64,000 nt of DNA from an uncultured Campylobacter sp. (GTDB lineage: Bacteria > Campylobacterota > Campylobacteria > Campylobacterales > Campylobacteraceae), in contig CAURZM010000007.1 of the NCBI GenBank assembly GCA_963529625.1, positions 25,715 through 89,714 on the forward strand, given 5' to 3'. Each line of letters starts with the position of its first letter. The stretch's first letter is position 1. Below the pieces are notes generated by a model. The model did no database searches. It was not told the origin of the DNA and was given only the letters and a program-made list of their open reading frames with translations. The position numbers were made by a program, and so were the translations under genes. This document shows positions 10,914 through 21,998 of the stretch, in pieces.

Positions 10914-11410
10914 AAAAGAGCCTTTGATATGATTTTAGAGCGCGATTTTACAAGCTTAACTTAAATTATCGGTAAAGCGAGGCAAAATTTAACGCAAATG
11001 TTTAGCGATTTACGAGGCGATTTCAGATTTTAAATTCTAGCAATTTTAGAATATAAAAATTTATGAGCTTTAAAATTCGGTGGCGCGCTAAATCCTATAC
11101 AGTGAAGTTCCGCGCGCAATAAAGCGGCGTTTATCGTCTATATCGTAATCTTTAAAATTTCAATATAGAATTTCTTTAAATTATACTAATGACTTGTATT
11201 GATTTTTTAGAACACTTAACCTAAAATTTTGCTAGACGAATGAAATTTTAAACTATTTTGATAAAAGAAATTTTAAAAAATCTAAAGCAAGTTATGTGCT
11301 TAAATTTTATCCTAAGCCGGGCAGAATTTTTAGCTCAACCCGCCTACAATAATTCGGCTGCAAATTAGCGCGACACAAAAAGCTAAAATTGCGAGCATTA
11401 TTAAATTTAA

Positions 11411-11438
11411 GGCGTGCGGTAGAAATTCTACGCACGCC
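11411..11438 (-). terminator. Stem-loop downstream of bamA
   Basis: GGCGTGCG-G-TAGAA-A-TTCTA-CGCACGCC inverted repeat about 25 nt past the bamA stop. Confidence 0.55.
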
Positions 11439-11461
11439 ACAGTGCTCGCAAGTCGCCGCGT

Positions 11462-13717
11462 TTAATTAAATCTAGCACCGATGCTAAATTCGAAGCTGTT
11501 TGTGTCGTCGTGCGGTTTTTTATTAAGCGGCTTAACGAAGTATAACTGCAAAGGCCCCATCGGCGTCATCCACTCGATACCAGCACCCGTGCTATAGCGC
11601 TCCTCCTCATTCCAGTCATGATCGCCGATCATTCCGTAGTCAAAAAACGTTACAAAGCGCATTTTAAGCCTATCAACTACCGGAAAGCTTAGCTCAAAAG
11701 AGTTATTAAAACTCTGCATACCGCCCGTTTCGATATAGCGGCAATTATTTGCATTTAAGCAGATCTCTTTTTTCGGGATACTGCGACCTTCGTAGCCTCT
11801 AATGCTTTTCATTCCGCCTAGGAATAGCTTTTCGTTGATTGGGATTTTTTTATTGCCTTCCCACATATAGCCCGTTGCAGCTTTGTATCTAAAGATAATG
11901 TCGTGATCGATATAATCTCGCAAGCCAAAGTAGTAGTTAAACGATCCTCGCGCCTTGGTGTAGTCCATATCGCCACCAAGACCCGCGTATTCTAAGCTAG
12001 CACTTGCGATCATACCGCTTCTTGGCAAGTAATAATCATCGGTGCTGTTGTATGTAATAGACGGGATGATCGAGCTTTTTAAATTCTTGCCATCTAGATA
12101 GCCTGCTTTAGCGTAATATTCGTTTAAGCCCTTAATCTCGCTTTTTTCGAGATAATATGTAAGGCTTACATCGGTATTGCGCCCGATTTTGCGACCGCCC
12201 GTGATTGAAAATCCGTAAGATTTCTCATCGTAATCGTCCCAGTCGTAATCGTTGGCAAAGATCGATCCGCCCAAGCTATACTCAGAATCAAACACTCTAG
12301 GATTGGTTAAGCTCAAGCGTCCGCTTAACTGATCGTCGCTCTTTTCGACCGAGAACGCGCCGTGAAGACCGGTGCCAAATACGTTACGATCGCTAATACC
12401 GCCGCTAAGTAAAATTCCATCCTCACTGCCATATCCGATACCACCCGTGATAGAGCCTGTAGGAGCTTCTTTGACTGCGACTTCAAGATCGATCTGATCG
12501 TTAGAAACGCGGTTTTCTTTAATCTCCACCTCATCAAAATACCCCGTGCGTTTTAAAGAATTTAACGAATCGTTGTAGTCGGTTTTGCTATATAAATTTC
12601 CCTCGGTCAGATACATCTCGCGGCGGATGACCTTATCCTCGGTCTTATCGTTGCCTGAGATCGTTACGTTTCTAATATAGACTTTATCCTCAGGGATGAC
12701 TTGATACGTGATAGCGACCGTGCGGGCTTCTTTGTCCTGCTTAGTCTTAGGCACGATGCGCACATAGGCGTATCCCTGATCCGCGACTAAAGTCTCTAGC
12801 GTATTCATATCGCGGCGCAAACGCTCGGAATTCATTGTATCGCCCTTTTGAAGCTTAAAATCGTCCAAAACCTTTTCTTTATCAAGCTTGATTATATCTG
12901 CAGGATACTCGATATCTATGGAGCTTACAGTGTATTGCTCGCCCTCTTTTATATAATAAGTCAAATCAGCAGTGTAATTATCCATATCGGCATTAAGTAG
13001 CGGCGCCGAAACCTGCGCGTCTAAGTAGCCTTTTTTATAATATTCTTCTTGAATTCTATTTGCGTCGTTAGGAAGCTCGGCGGTTTTTACCTTGCCGTCG
13101 TTAAAGCCCCACATCCAGCCCAGCATCTCGCGTTCTTTATTGGCGACGGATGGCTCTATATCGTCATAGTCGAGTTTGTCTGCGCCTACTAAATTTACCT
13201 TATCTATGATGATATTTTCGCCGCGATTTACCTCGATCGTTAATAATATGACCGATTTATCGTCGTTTATCGGCTTTGGATAAAATTCCACCACGGTGTC
13301 GAAAAAGCCCTTGACTTCGTAGTATTGCTTGATGCGGGTCTCTGCTTTTTTAGCAGCCACCTCGTCGTAAACCTGACCCGGACGCAAACCGATGAGCTCA
13401 TTTATCTTATCGCGGTCGTTGGTAACTACGTTTTTGATCTCGACCTTAGCGATAGTCGGCTTTTCGGTTACGTTGATAGTGACCGCACCGCCTTGTTCGC
13501 TGATATAAACGTCGCTGAAATAGCCCTGCTCAAATAGTTTTGAAATCGCAGCATTGGTGTTTTCGCCGTTAAGCTCATCGCCTACCTTAAGCCCCGAAAT
13601 TTGCTGTGCGACCTGTGGAGAAAGATGCCTTAGCCCTTCAAATTTAATGGATTTGATCTGTGCGGCGCACGCCACGGAAATCCCGCCTACTAAGAGTAAA
13701 AAAACGCTTTTTTTCAT
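11462..13717 (-). CDS. bamA: Outer membrane protein assembly factor BamA
   Basis: Signal peptide, POTRA repeats, IRGY motif and C-terminal FEFSIGARFN. Confidence 0.97.
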   Translation of the reverse strand: MKKSVFLLLVGGISVACAAQIKSIKFEGLRHLSPQVAQQISGLKVGDELNGENTNAAISKLFEQGYFSDVYISEQGGAVTINVTEKPTIAKVEIKNVVTNDRDKINELIGLRPGQVYDEVAAKKAETRIKQYYEVKGFFDTVVEFYPKPINDDKSVILLTIEVNRGENIIIDKVNLVGADKLDYDDIEPSVANKEREMLGWMWGFNDGKVKTAELPNDANRIQEEYYKKGYLDAQVSAPLLNADMDNYTADLTYYIKEGEQYTVSSIDIEYPADIIKLDKEKVLDDFKLQKGDTMNSERLRRDMNTLETLVADQGYAYVRIVPKTKQDKEARTVAITYQVIPEDKVYIRNVTISGNDKTEDKVIRREMYLTEGNLYSKTDYNDSLNSLKRTGYFDEVEIKENRVSNDQIDLEVAVKEAPTGSITGGIGYGSEDGILLSGGISDRNVFGTGLHGAFSVEKSDDQLSGRLSLTNPRVFDSEYSLGGSIFANDYDWDDYDEKSYGFSITGGRKIGRNTDVSLTYYLEKSEIKGLNEYYAKAGYLDGKNLKSSIIPSITYNSTDDYYLPRSGMIASASLEYAGLGGDMDYTKARGSFNYYFGLRDYIDHDIIFRYKAATGYMWEGNKKIPINEKLFLGGMKSIRGYEGRSIPKKEICLNANNCRYIETGGMQSFNNSFELSFPVVDRLKMRFVTFFDYGMIGDHDWNEEERYSTGAGIEWMTPMGPLQLYFVKPLNKKPHDDTNSFEFSIGARFN

Positions 13718-13798
13718 AAAATTTTACCTAAAAACGAAAATAATTTGCGTATAATACCACATTAAAATTAAAACTTACATATATCAAAAGGGAATTTT

Positions 13799-14629
13799 AT
13801 GAAGATAGGAATTATCGGTCTGGGTCTCATCGGCGGCTCGCTGGGGCTATGTCTAAAAAGCACCAAAATCATTAGCGCCGTCTACGGCTACGACATCAGC
13901 CGCGAAAACGAAAAAGAAGCTCTGCGACTCGGACTCGTGCATGAAATTTTAAGCCTGGAGCAGATGAAGCAAAGCTGCGATGCGATCTTTCTCGCAATCC
14001 CCGTGGAGGCAATTATTGAGACGTTGCAAAAACTAAGCGACTGCAGAAGTGAAACGACGATCATCGATCTGGGAAGCACAAAATTTAAAATTTTGCAAAA
14101 CTGCCCTCCACAGATCAGACGAAATTTCATCGCAGCTCACCCAATGGCTGGTACCGAAAATTCCGGCCCGCAAGCGGCATTTAAAGAGCTTTTAAACGGC
14201 GCAGTAGTCGTCATCTGCGACGATCACGGTGCGGATGAAGTGCATATCAAACGAGCGGTCGAAATTTTTTCGTTCGCGGGGATGAAGATCGTATTTATGG
14301 ACGCAAAAAGCCACGATCACCACGTGGCGCTCATCTCGCACCTGCCGCATGCGATCAGCTACTCGCTCGTAAATAGCGTGCTAAAAGAGGAAAATCGTCG
14401 CAATATCATAAATTTAGCCGGCGGTAGCTTTTCGGGCATGAGCCGTATCGCCAAAAGCTCGCCGCAGATGTGGGTCGATATTTTCAAACAAAACCGCACG
14501 AACCTGCTGGGCGCTATCGATGCTTTTAAAAACGAGCTGGATCTTTGCGTGCAGATGATTCGTGACGAGCGCTGGGATGAGCTTGAGGCGTGGATGTATG
14601 AAGCGCGCAAGCTAAGGGATATTATTTAA
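13799..14629 (+). CDS. tyrA: Prephenate dehydrogenase
   Basis: GLGLIGGS, DLGSTK, HPMAGTE and HDHHVALISHLPH motifs; TATAAT at 13750-13755. Confidence 0.95.
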   Translation: MKIGIIGLGLIGGSLGLCLKSTKIISAVYGYDISRENEKEALRLGLVHEILSLEQMKQSCDAIFLAIPVEAIIETLQKLSDCRSETTIIDLGSTKFKILQNCPPQIRRNFIAAHPMAGTENSGPQAAFKELLNGAVVVICDDHGADEVHIKRAVEIFSFAGMKIVFMDAKSHDHHVALISHLPHAISYSLVNSVLKEENRRNIINLAGGSFSGMSRIAKSSPQMWVDIFKQNRTNLLGAIDAFKNELDLCVQMIRDERWDELEAWMYEARKLRDII

Positions 14630-14752
14630 AATTTCAGCGCGGCTAGACTACGCGACGGACGCTGCAAGAGTACGCCTTTAAATTCTAAAAATTTCGCCTT
14701 CAAACAGCCCGCGTAAATTTAAATTTTAATACGTGCGAGCCCGGATACAAAC

Positions 14753-15484
14753 TTAAAAATCTATGCATTCTTGCGTGAAAATTTTCTTTGAGGGAAACTC
14801 CAACGCGCAAAGCCTCGCCTTCTCGCCCCAGTGCTTTTTATAAACACAGCCCAGATCGATATTTGCGCTAAATTCCGTAATGACGGGCTTTTTCACCGGC
14901 GTGTGCCCGTAGACGTTAAAAATCCCGTCATTCGCGCTATCGTCGCCACGCCCGCTTAGCACGTGAGCTGCGAAGCTTTTTGCGCGCTCGGCATCGTGTC
15001 TGATCCCCCACGCGCGACCCACTGCGGAGTGCGATACGACGAGCGCGCGACCGCTTTCATCACGCAAATCATACTCCAGGTAAATCGGCAGCCGCGAGAC
15101 AAACCGCAGATGCTCCTTGCATTGCTTCACGCCTCCGTGACGATAATACGACGCTAGCGTCGCCTCACCGCCATTATTAAACAGCCAGCTTTCGTCCAGG
15201 CTAAAAAATGCGTAAGGGTCGTTTGAACTCGTAAATTTGCCCGTCTTTGCACACCTCAGAGCGGTTTTTGCATTGCCCACAAAGCGCTTTTCGTGATTGC
15301 CCATCACCGCGTCATATCCGCGGACGCGCACAAATTCAACTACATCCGAGATCGCAGGACCTCGGTCGATCAGATCGCCCACGAAGCAAATTTTACTATC
15401 AAATTTACGCGGAAGCTGCTCTATCAAAGCTAAAAGCGACTTGTAGCAGCCATGCACATCGCCTATGATGTAGATATTTTGCAT
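14753..15484 (-). CDS. Calcineurin-like metallophosphoesterase (PPP/ApaH-like)
   Basis: GDVHG, GDLIDRG, GNHE, GHTP and IDLGC motifs. Confidence 0.9.
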   Translation of the reverse strand: MQNIYIIGDVHGCYKSLLALIEQLPRKFDSKICFVGDLIDRGPAISDVVEFVRVRGYDAVMGNHEKRFVGNAKTALRCAKTGKFTSSNDPYAFFSLDESWLFNNGGEATLASYYRHGGVKQCKEHLRFVSRLPIYLEYDLRDESGRALVVSHSAVGRAWGIRHDAERAKSFAAHVLSGRGDDSANDGIFNVYGHTPVKKPVITEFSANIDLGCVYKKHWGEKARLCALEFPSKKIFTQECIDF

Positions 15485-15596
15485 AATTTCTCCTTAAATT
15501 TTAACGCCCTCGCCTTTTAACGCGCGGGCTGTGATTATAGGCGGCAGGCGAGAATTTCGCGGCAGAGCTCTGCGCTAAATTTTAAAATTTCGCGCG

Positions 15597-16034
15597 CTAG
15601 GACTTGGACGGATAAATCTGCTTTAGGACCTCGGCTACGACGATCATAAAAAGAACGATAAATATTAATGCGCTAAGTAATGAGGAATAAAACGTGGCAA
15701 GATGCAAATCTGAAACAATCAGCGCTACAATCACCATCCCTAAAAATGGCGATAGTATCCAAACCGCTGCTGTAGGCAAAAATAAATTTACGAAAAAATC
15801 CGTGAGCTTACCAAAATCCTTTAGCTTTGCGGCAAGCACCGCACAAACCCCGCAGAAAAATATCCACAAAAATAGGAAATATACGCACTTCTGCTGTAGC
15901 CATTCTAAGGGATCGTCAAACCGGACGCTAGATGTGTCAAAAATCTGCCCTATAAAAAAACCCATTAAACTTGAAATGCACATCAAGCAAAAACCCATCG
16001 AAAACGCGCAGGCTATAATTTTTAAAATAATCAT
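15597..16034 (-). CDS. Hypothetical membrane protein (about 4 TM helices)
   Basis: Hydrophobic 145-aa ORF with an AGGAG RBS, directly downstream of dusB. Confidence 0.7.
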   Translation of the reverse strand: MIILKIIACAFSMGFCLMCISSLMGFFIGQIFDTSSVRFDDPLEWLQQKCVYFLFLWIFFCGVCAVLAAKLKDFGKLTDFFVNLFLPTAAVWILSPFLGMVIVALIVSDLHLATFYSSLLSALIFIVLFMIVVAEVLKQIYPSKS

Positions 16035-16056
16035 CTGGGCTCCTAAAATTCTAAAT

Positions 16057-16983
16057 TTAGCTAAAAAATTCCTCGATCAGCCGCGCCATCTCGCTCTCGG
16101 CGGCGACATGGTTGATCTGCTCGCGAAAGCTTGCGGCGTTTTCGCGCCCCTTGGAGTATTCGTGCAGATGCTTGCGAAATATCGCCACGCCGTGGCTACC
16201 GTAATGGCTTAGCATTTGGGAGAAATGATAGAGCACGACCTCTCTTTTTAGCGCGTCGCTTGCCTGCTCGCCCGTTTTGATCTCGCGAAAGATCCACGGC
16301 CTGCCGACGACCGCGCGACCGATCATCAGCGCGTCTGCGCCGCTAAGGTCTCGCACTGCGGGTGCATTGGCGGAGTTTATGTCGCCGTTTGCGATCACGG
16401 GGATTTGCAGCGCACGTTTAGCTCTTGCGATCGCGCCGTAATCCACCGCCGCGCTGTATCCGCCCGCTCTGGTGCGCCCGTGAATCGCGATAAAATCGGC
16501 TCCTGCGCTTTGTACGGCGCGCGCGATATTTTCGATATCCACGACGCCGAAGCCCAGCCGCACCTTCGCGCTCGTAAATTTTTTGTTCGAATACTTTTTG
16601 ATAGTCTCAACAAGGCGCGATAGACGGGGCAGATCAAGCAGCAGCGCCGAGCCAGCTCCCTGCTTTACGACCTTGGGAACAGGGCAGCCGCAGTTTAGAT
16701 CGATGCCGTCGATGCCGTCAAATTTATTGATGAGCAAAACCGCCTTTTTGATAATTTCCGCTTCGCTGCCTGCGATCTGCACGAAAAAAGGGGTTTCGAC
16801 GGCGTTTTTTTCGAGCATCTTTAGCGTCTTTTCGCCCTCGAAAACAAGGGCGTTTGCGCTTATCATCTCGCTTACAGTCGCGTCGCAGCCGAATTTTTTT
16901 ACTACGCCCCGCAGCGGCGGATCCGAAAAGCCCGCTAAAGGCGCCAAAAATAGAGGGTCCCTTTTAAAAAAATCTTTCGTCAT
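16057..16983 (-). CDS. dusB: tRNA-dihydrouridine synthase (DusB type)
   Basis: LAPLAG, DLNCGCP, IHGRTR, ANGDI and MIGRA motifs. Confidence 0.93.
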   Translation of the reverse strand: MTKDFFKRDPLFLAPLAGFSDPPLRGVVKKFGCDATVSEMISANALVFEGEKTLKMLEKNAVETPFFVQIAGSEAEIIKKAVLLINKFDGIDGIDLNCGCPVPKVVKQGAGSALLLDLPRLSRLVETIKKYSNKKFTSAKVRLGFGVVDIENIARAVQSAGADFIAIHGRTRAGGYSAAVDYGAIARAKRALQIPVIANGDINSANAPAVRDLSGADALMIGRAVVGRPWIFREIKTGEQASDALKREVVLYHFSQMLSHYGSHGVAIFRKHLHEYSKGRENAASFREQINHVAAESEMARLIEEFFS

Positions 16984-17523
16984 TTTAAATTTCTCATTTT
17001 AATTTCGTTTGAATTTAAACCTTTAAATTTAATACCGCAGCGCTTGCAGCGGGCTTTGCCGCGAGCTTTAAAATTTTAAATTTCATAGGCTACGGTATTC
17101 GCATTTAGGCGCGAATTTTATTTTTAAGCTTGGCTAATTTGCATGGCGGCAAAACGGCAGAAAGAATGATCGCCGCTAAATTTTATTTGCGCGGCAAACC
17201 CGGCAAGCAGCTTGCAAAACGCCGCACGAATTTTAAAATTTCAGCACTTTATTCGGCTAGCAAGTCTTGCGCTTTACGTTTAAATTTTAAATCTCATCGC
17301 ATAAATGCAAAATCCGTTTACGCGCACACTACACAAACAAATCTTTTAAATTTTACCGCTTGTGCGCATTAATTTTTTCGATAAATTCTAAAATTTTAAA
17401 TTTGCGCGAGTTAAAATTTTATCCGCACTTTAAATTTTATCGCGCAGGCTGTATTTGATAGTCGCACAGAGCGTAAAAGCAGCCTCTCTTACCCGCATAA
17501 AACGAACTCGTAAAATTACCGAG

Positions 17524-18525
17524 CTAAAATAACAGCGACGCGGGGACGTTTTTGCCGTTGTCTCGCAAAAATAGCAGAATTTTAAACTTCTCAAACTCGT
17601 CGCCGTCAGCAAGGCTTAGCTGCTCTCTAAACTCGTCGATCATGCCAAGCTCATATAGCGCGTACAGATATGCCTCGGTCGCTTCTTGATTCTCGTTTTT
17701 GAGCCGCTCGAAAAAGGCTTTGTATTGCTCTGGAGCGAGATGATTTTTTAGCTTTTTGGCAAAGCCGATAAAATCCTTCTCGCTAAATTTTTCATTATTT
17801 ACGAGATCGAAAAGCTCCTCGCTGCTGATCTCAAAGCTCGTGTCATTTACCGCGCGATCCACTAAAATATTTACCTCGGCTATATCTTGAGGAATTTTAT
17901 AGGCCTTGATCTTATCGTAGCTTCCTTTGGCAAGCGCTACGGCATAGGCTTTTTTAGTAATATTTTCGCTATAAACGCCTTTGGTTTTTAAAATTTCATA
18001 CGCATACGCAGGCTCAGCGTCTAGGCGGTTGAGCTCGTTTTGCAAAAATAGCCCGTTATCTTTAGGGAGTTTATATTTTCGCAGATCCGCCACTTCGCCA
18101 TTTTTAACCTTCTCGATAACACCTATGACCTCTTTTAGATCCTCATTTTTGACATCTATTCCGGTGCTATCATACCACGGAGATAAAATTTTAGTAAGCT
18201 CGCTCGGGTCTTTAAAATACTCGGTTTTAAAGTCTTTATTGGTATCAAGGCCCAGTAAAACCTCTTTGCTCATCGCATCGTATGCACTTAGATCCTTTGC
18301 GATCGCCCTTTTTGTGCGGTAAAACGCGAAGCTGTGAAAAACGATATGAAAAATCGCTAAAATCATATATAAAATTAACGGCAGCACGATCCACACTGCC
18401 ACAGGAAGCGTAAGAGTAAAACCGAAAAGCTCCAGCGTATAGCTACTGCTTTGCTGCGTAAAGACCAAAATCGCGACGATTGCGATATAGACGATCGAAT
18501 ATAAAAAGAATTGCTTGGTTTTCAT
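17524..18525 (-). CDS. Conserved Campylobacter membrane protein (LapA-like N-terminus)
   Basis: Two N-terminal TM helices (TLPVAVWIVLP) followed by a helical soluble domain; 2 nt downstream of dksA. Confidence 0.75.
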   Translation of the reverse strand: MKTKQFFLYSIVYIAIVAILVFTQQSSSYTLELFGFTLTLPVAVWIVLPLILYMILAIFHIVFHSFAFYRTKRAIAKDLSAYDAMSKEVLLGLDTNKDFKTEYFKDPSELTKILSPWYDSTGIDVKNEDLKEVIGVIEKVKNGEVADLRKYKLPKDNGLFLQNELNRLDAEPAYAYEILKTKGVYSENITKKAYAVALAKGSYDKIKAYKIPQDIAEVNILVDRAVNDTSFEISSEELFDLVNNEKFSEKDFIGFAKKLKNHLAPEQYKAFFERLKNENQEATEAYLYALYELGMIDEFREQLSLADGDEFEKFKILLFLRDNGKNVPASLLF

Positions 18526-18527
18526 AG

Positions 18528-18884
18528 CTAACTCCTATTTTGCTTTTCCGCCTGTTCCTTGCACGAAATGCACAATCTCGCCTCCGGATTTACTTTAAGG
18601 CGCTCTAAGCTTATCTGCTCGCCGCAGCTCTCGCAAAGCCCATAAGTGCCGTTTTCGATGCGCTTAAGCGCGCTTTCGATCTCTAAAAACGCCTTTTGTT
18701 GATTAACATTGAGCGAGTATTCGATGCTTAAATCAGTATTCATACTCGCTACGTCAAAATCATCCGCAGCTTTATTTTCGCGCAATTCCGAAATTTCATT
18801 TACAGAGCTATTAATATTGGCGATGAGTTGCTCTCTTTTTTCTTCTAAAATTTTCTTGTAAAATTTCAACTCGTTTTTCTTCAT
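18528..18884 (-). CDS. dksA: RNA polymerase-binding protein DksA
   Basis: YGLCESCGEQISLERL...PEARLCISCKE zinc finger. Confidence 0.93.
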   Translation of the reverse strand: MKKNELKFYKKILEEKREQLIANINSSVNEISELRENKAADDFDVASMNTDLSIEYSLNVNQQKAFLEIESALKRIENGTYGLCESCGEQISLERLKVNPEARLCISCKEQAEKQNRS

Positions 18885-18893
18885 TACTTCCCT

Positions 18894-19346
18894 TTATTTG
18901 TGATATGGATGGTTTGCGTTAATGCACAGTGCGCGAAAAATTTGCTCAAAGAGCAAAAGTTTAGCGATTTTATGCGCTAACGTAAGCCTGCTAAGACTGA
19001 TTATTTTATCGGCTTTTGCCTTAAAATTTTCACTAAGCCCGTAAGCGCCGCCGATGAAAAACGACACGGCGCTTTTATCTTTTAGCATACTCGCAAATTC
19101 CATACTATCTAGCTCCTGTCCGCGCTCATCCAAAGCTACGACGTATCCGCTAAGGCGCGGTAGATAAGCTTCATCGTACGCCATAAGTGCGAGCTCGCGA
19201 GACGCTGCTTGGGCACGAGCAATGCTAGCGTTAAAAAAGGTCTGCTCTCGCACTTCGGCAAATTTAGCCGCCATTTTTTTATAATCGCTTATTGCGCCTG
19301 CGAACTCGTCCGCGCCCTTTTGGATGGAATTTACCGTTATCTGCAC
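18894..19346 (-). CDS. rlmH: 23S rRNA pseudouridine-1915 N3-methyltransferase
   Basis: [22 protein letters not shown] and EQIFRA...HPYHK motifs. Confidence 0.95.
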   Translation of the reverse strand: MQITVNSIQKGADEFAGAISDYKKMAAKFAEVREQTFFNASIARAQAASRELALMAYDEAYLPRLSGYVVALDERGQELDSMEFASMLKDKSAVSFFIGGAYGLSENFKAKADKIISLSRLTLAHKIAKLLLFEQIFRALCINANHPYHK

Positions 19347-20245
19347 TACTCTTCGCTTCCCTCTTCGTGCAGCGATTTGTCACTCGTGTCGTCAATCTGC
19401 ACGGCATTTTTGCTAAGCACGTTGATTATATCGCTTAAATACTGCCTCATCTCGGCTCTAGGCACGATCGCATCAATTAGTCCGTGCTCGAGCAGAAATT
19501 CCGATCTTTGAAAGCCTTCCGGCAGATCAGCTCCGATGGTTTGCTTGATGACGCGCTGCCCGGCAAAGCCGATAAGAGCGCCGGGCTCTGCAATGATGAT
19601 ATCTCCCAGCCACGCAAAGGACGCACTCACGCCGCCCATCGTAGGATCGGTAAGAACAGAGATGAAAGGAATTTTATGCTCGGATAAAATTTTAAGCGCG
19701 GCGGAGGTTTTGCTCATCTGCATCAGCGAAAAGGTGCTTTCTTGCATCCTAGCACCACCGCTTGCGCTTACGATGATTAGCGGCTCGTTTTTATCCAGAC
19801 TGCGTTTTACGGCGCGCACGATCTTCTCGCCCTCTACAGAACCCAGGCTTCCGCCCATGAAGTTAAAATCAAACACCACGAGCTGAATTTTTTGGCGACT
19901 TATCGCACCCTCGCCCGCGATCACCGCGCTAAACCTGCCCGTTTTTTCCTTGCTCTCGGCAATACGCTTTTTATAGGATTTTTTATCGACGAATTTTAGA
20001 GGATCGACGGGCTGCAAATTTTGATCGTACTCCACGAAAGAGCCCTCGTCGCAGATCAGATCGATGCGAGCCTGCGCGTCAAAACGAAGGTGATAGTTAC
20101 ACTTGGGGCAAACGCTATGATTTTGCTCGACCTCTTTGCTATACATCAGCGCGCCGCATCCTGGGCACTTTATCCAGTGCGTAGGAGCTTCGCTCGGCGC
20201 AGGTTGCGTCCTACGTATTTTTGAAAATAGATCTCCAAAATTCAT
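19346..20245 (-). CDS. accD: Acetyl-CoA carboxylase carboxyltransferase beta subunit
   Basis: WIKCPGC zinc finger, [15 protein letters not shown] and GFAGQRVI motifs. Confidence 0.98.
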   Translation of the reverse strand: MNFGDLFSKIRRTQPAPSEAPTHWIKCPGCGALMYSKEVEQNHSVCPKCNYHLRFDAQARIDLICDEGSFVEYDQNLQPVDPLKFVDKKSYKKRIAESKEKTGRFSAVIAGEGAISRQKIQLVVFDFNFMGGSLGSVEGEKIVRAVKRSLDKNEPLIIVSASGGARMQESTFSLMQMSKTSAALKILSEHKIPFISVLTDPTMGGVSASFAWLGDIIIAEPGALIGFAGQRVIKQTIGADLPEGFQRSEFLLEHGLIDAIVPRAEMRQYLSDIINVLSKNAVQIDDTSDKSLHEEGSEE

Positions 20246-20338
20246 ATGATTTCCTTTAAATTCTATGAAATGAAACTTCTGATTATAACCTAAAATTCTT
20301 TATTTAAATTTATATGTGAATTTCGCTAAAATAGGAAA

Positions 20339-20953
20339 ATGCAAGGATTTATATTAAAAACGACCAAGGTTAGGGATGAGGACTGCATCGTAGACGTGCT
20401 AAGCGAAAGTGCGCTCGTGCGTGCGTACCGCTTTTACGGCGCGCGCCACTCAAACATCATCCAGGGCTATAAAATCGACTTCGAGCTCTCGCAAAATCAA
20501 AGCTTCCTGCCGCGCCTTAGCGGCGTGATGCATTTGGGATACGCGTGGCTCGGAAACCGCGAGAAGCTGCTATTTTGGCAGCAGTTTATGCGGCTTTTGC
20601 ACGCACATCTAAAAGATGCCGAGCATCTGGATGAATTCTATTACGAGCTGCTAAACCGAGCTGCTATGCGCTTCGGCAAACAAAATCCGCGTCGCATAAT
20701 CGTAGAAAGCTACGCCGAAATTTTAAAATTTGAGGGGCGGTTGCACGACGAGCCGTATTGTTTTTTATGCGACGAAGAAATTTCGGAAAATATCGCGCTA
20801 TGCCGCGGCTTTTTGCCTGCGCACGAGCATTGCGCGCAAAGAGCGGGCTTTGCGCAGGATGAAATTTTAGAATTTTTACGAAGCAAAAAGACGCTAAATT
20901 TAAACGACGAAACAGTAGGATATCTTTACGACATTGTAGCAGAGGGATTTTAA
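20339..20953 (+). CDS. recO: Epsilonproteobacterial recombination protein RecO
   Basis: MQGFIL...RDEDCIV...YRFYGARHS...GYKIDFE and the C-x2-C...H-x2-C zinc motif. Confidence 0.88.
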   Translation: MQGFILKTTKVRDEDCIVDVLSESALVRAYRFYGARHSNIIQGYKIDFELSQNQSFLPRLSGVMHLGYAWLGNREKLLFWQQFMRLLHAHLKDAEHLDEFYYELLNRAAMRFGKQNPRRIIVESYAEILKFEGRLHDEPYCFLCDEEISENIALCRGFLPAHEHCAQRAGFAQDEILEFLRSKKTLNLNDETVGYLYDIVAEGF

Positions 20954-21008
20954 TCTCAAAAAAAAGCAAACTAGTACTGAATTTTAAAATACATAATCTA
21001 ATCAAATT

Positions 21009-21977
21009 TTAAAATTTAAACTTTCTAAATTCTATCTTTTCATTAAAGATTGACATCGTGCGAGCTAGATTGCTTATATCTTTTTGCATCGTCTGCATAA
21101 AATAATCTCTCAGCTGCAGATATTCCTCTTTATTTGCCATCAAGATATTTAGTATCTCGACCTCAGCGTTTTCCTTATAAAGCACGAGCTGATCATGGAG
21201 ACCGAAAAAGCCGAGGCTACCGTTGCGTAGATGCATAATAGCCTTTGCTCCGAAAATTCCTGATGCGGCTAAAACAAAAATACACAATATATCAGTTATG
21301 CTTTCGCCGATTGTCATATCGTATGCATCGGCGGCAAAAATTAATAAAATCCAAAGAAGTAGTGCTATTTTTATAAACCAATTTATCCTTTGCCGCATAC
21401 TGTGTCTGCAATCAAAGCTAATTATCATCGCACCTATACTATTTAATTCGAAAATTTTATGGATTTTGTTTTTATAATAATACAGAATTTTATCATTTTT
21501 AAACTCAAAATACATGCCGTCCTTATCTCTAATTACGGTCAACAATGAAACCAATATAGATGGAAGCATTCGAAAAGTCTTAAGACTAACTGGATTTACT
21601 ATGGTGGCAAAAGTCAAAAATATAATGAAGCCTATCAGTAGCGCCGGAAATTGATAAATCATAAATTCGTAATAAGTATGATCTTTGATGATTATCGGCT
21701 CTTTGTCGTAGTCTCTAGTTTTGGAATTTTCCTGCAAGGCGCCGCTACCATCCGAAATAAAATTTTGCGGCTCTGCGTTGTTTACACAGGCGGGATTCTG
21801 AGCCGCTTCGGTTTCTGATTCGGTTTCTAAATTTAAAGCGTCAGGATCGGAATTTTTGGTTTCAGAATTCGGGGCTTTAAAATTTTCGCCGTTAAAATTT
21901 TGTTTCAAGCCCCGCTTCGGCTCTTGATGCCGCTTTTGTAGTAGCTTTTTTAATTCCTCAAGCCTGCTTTGATCCAT
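21009..21977 (-). CDS. RDYDK-family variable membrane protein, copy A (with MDQSRLEEL leader)
   Basis: ATG at 21977 after AGGTGG. Low-complexity leader, then RDYDKEPIIIKD, then TM helices. Paralogous to the genes at 31826 and 52779. Confidence 0.8.
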   Translation of the reverse strand: MDQSRLEELKKLLQKRHQEPKRGLKQNFNGENFKAPNSETKNSDPDALNLETESETEAAQNPACVNNAEPQNFISDGSGALQENSKTRDYDKEPIIIKDHTYYEFMIYQFPALLIGFIIFLTFATIVNPVSLKTFRMLPSILVSLLTVIRDKDGMYFEFKNDKILYYYKNKIHKIFELNSIGAMIISFDCRHSMRQRINWFIKIALLLWILLIFAADAYDMTIGESITDILCIFVLAASGIFGAKAIMHLRNGSLGFFGLHDQLVLYKENAEVEILNILMANKEEYLQLRDYFMQTMQKDISNLARTMSIFNEKIEFRKFKF

Positions 21978-21998
21978 TCTTGCCACCTATAAGGCGCT